A stretch of 43,004 bases of DNA from Acidimicrobiales bacterium (lineage in GTDB: Bacteria > Actinomycetota > Acidimicrobiia > Acidimicrobiales > CADCSY01): the NCBI GenBank assembly GCA_036275955.1, contig DASUCO010000070.1:1-43004 (forward strand). The letters run 5' to 3'. Below: more notes on the stretch, generated by a model. That model was not told where the DNA came from. It searched no databases and worked only from the letters and a program-made list of their open reading frames with translations. The DNA itself is not shown here. Positions within the stretch are counted from its first letter, which is position 1.

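Noticed and set aside
1-43004. Search for T1SS ABC/MFP/TolC genes, transposases, integrases, tRNA/rRNA, and toxin-immunity pairs
   Set aside because: Essentially no coding space is left outside the three genes. No Walker-motif transporter, DDE/tyrosine-recombinase signature, inverted terminal repeats or RNA gene structure was seen. Their absence from this window says nothing about the flanks.

Overview
All domain names below come from motif recognition by eye; I could not run HMM or BLAST searches. This is a high-GC bacterial window (roughly two-thirds G+C by eye, third codon positions nearly all G/C). It is almost entirely coding for three co-directional minus-strand genes.

(1) ORF 14668..42996 encodes 9,442 aa. 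It is still open at the right window edge, so it is probably 5'-partial. It is a modular exoprotein containing cadherin/VCBS-like repeats, 14 CARDB repeats, PPC and TIG domains, two beta-propellers, about 9 He_PIG-type Ig repeats, a few YD repeats, Big_2 domains, PKD-like 'DWGDG' repeats, jelly-rolls and C-terminal RTX repeats. It also carries an embedded pancreatic-lipase/PLA1-like Ser-Asp-His domain and a metzincin HExxHxxGxxH motif.

(2) A 108-aa DUF3467-like gene lies at 14245..14571.

(3) A second megaprotein gene is absent from the supplied ORF track because it has no stop codon inside the window. It is on the minus strand, starts at GTG 13852 or ATG 13771, and is open to nt 1 (at least 4,590 codons). 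It carries an N-terminal LEPRLLLSAD (LEPR-XLL) signature, an intact DNA/RNA non-specific endonuclease domain (DRGH...NIVPQ), beta-rich repeats and an internal RTX block. After the RTX block come at least 1,200 aa of a degenerate helical-hairpin repeat that resembles pseudo-HhH modules.

The very long plus-strand ORFs (23..5602, 5729..13990, 19657..39741 and others) and the Arg-rich minus ORFs are frame shadows typical of GC3-saturated genes. I found no rRNA, tRNA, CRISPR, IS element, integrase or T1SS transporter genes.

The most interesting reading is a locus of two giant RTX-type exoproteins that together carry nuclease, lipase and metalloprotease modules, separated by a small DUF3467 gene.
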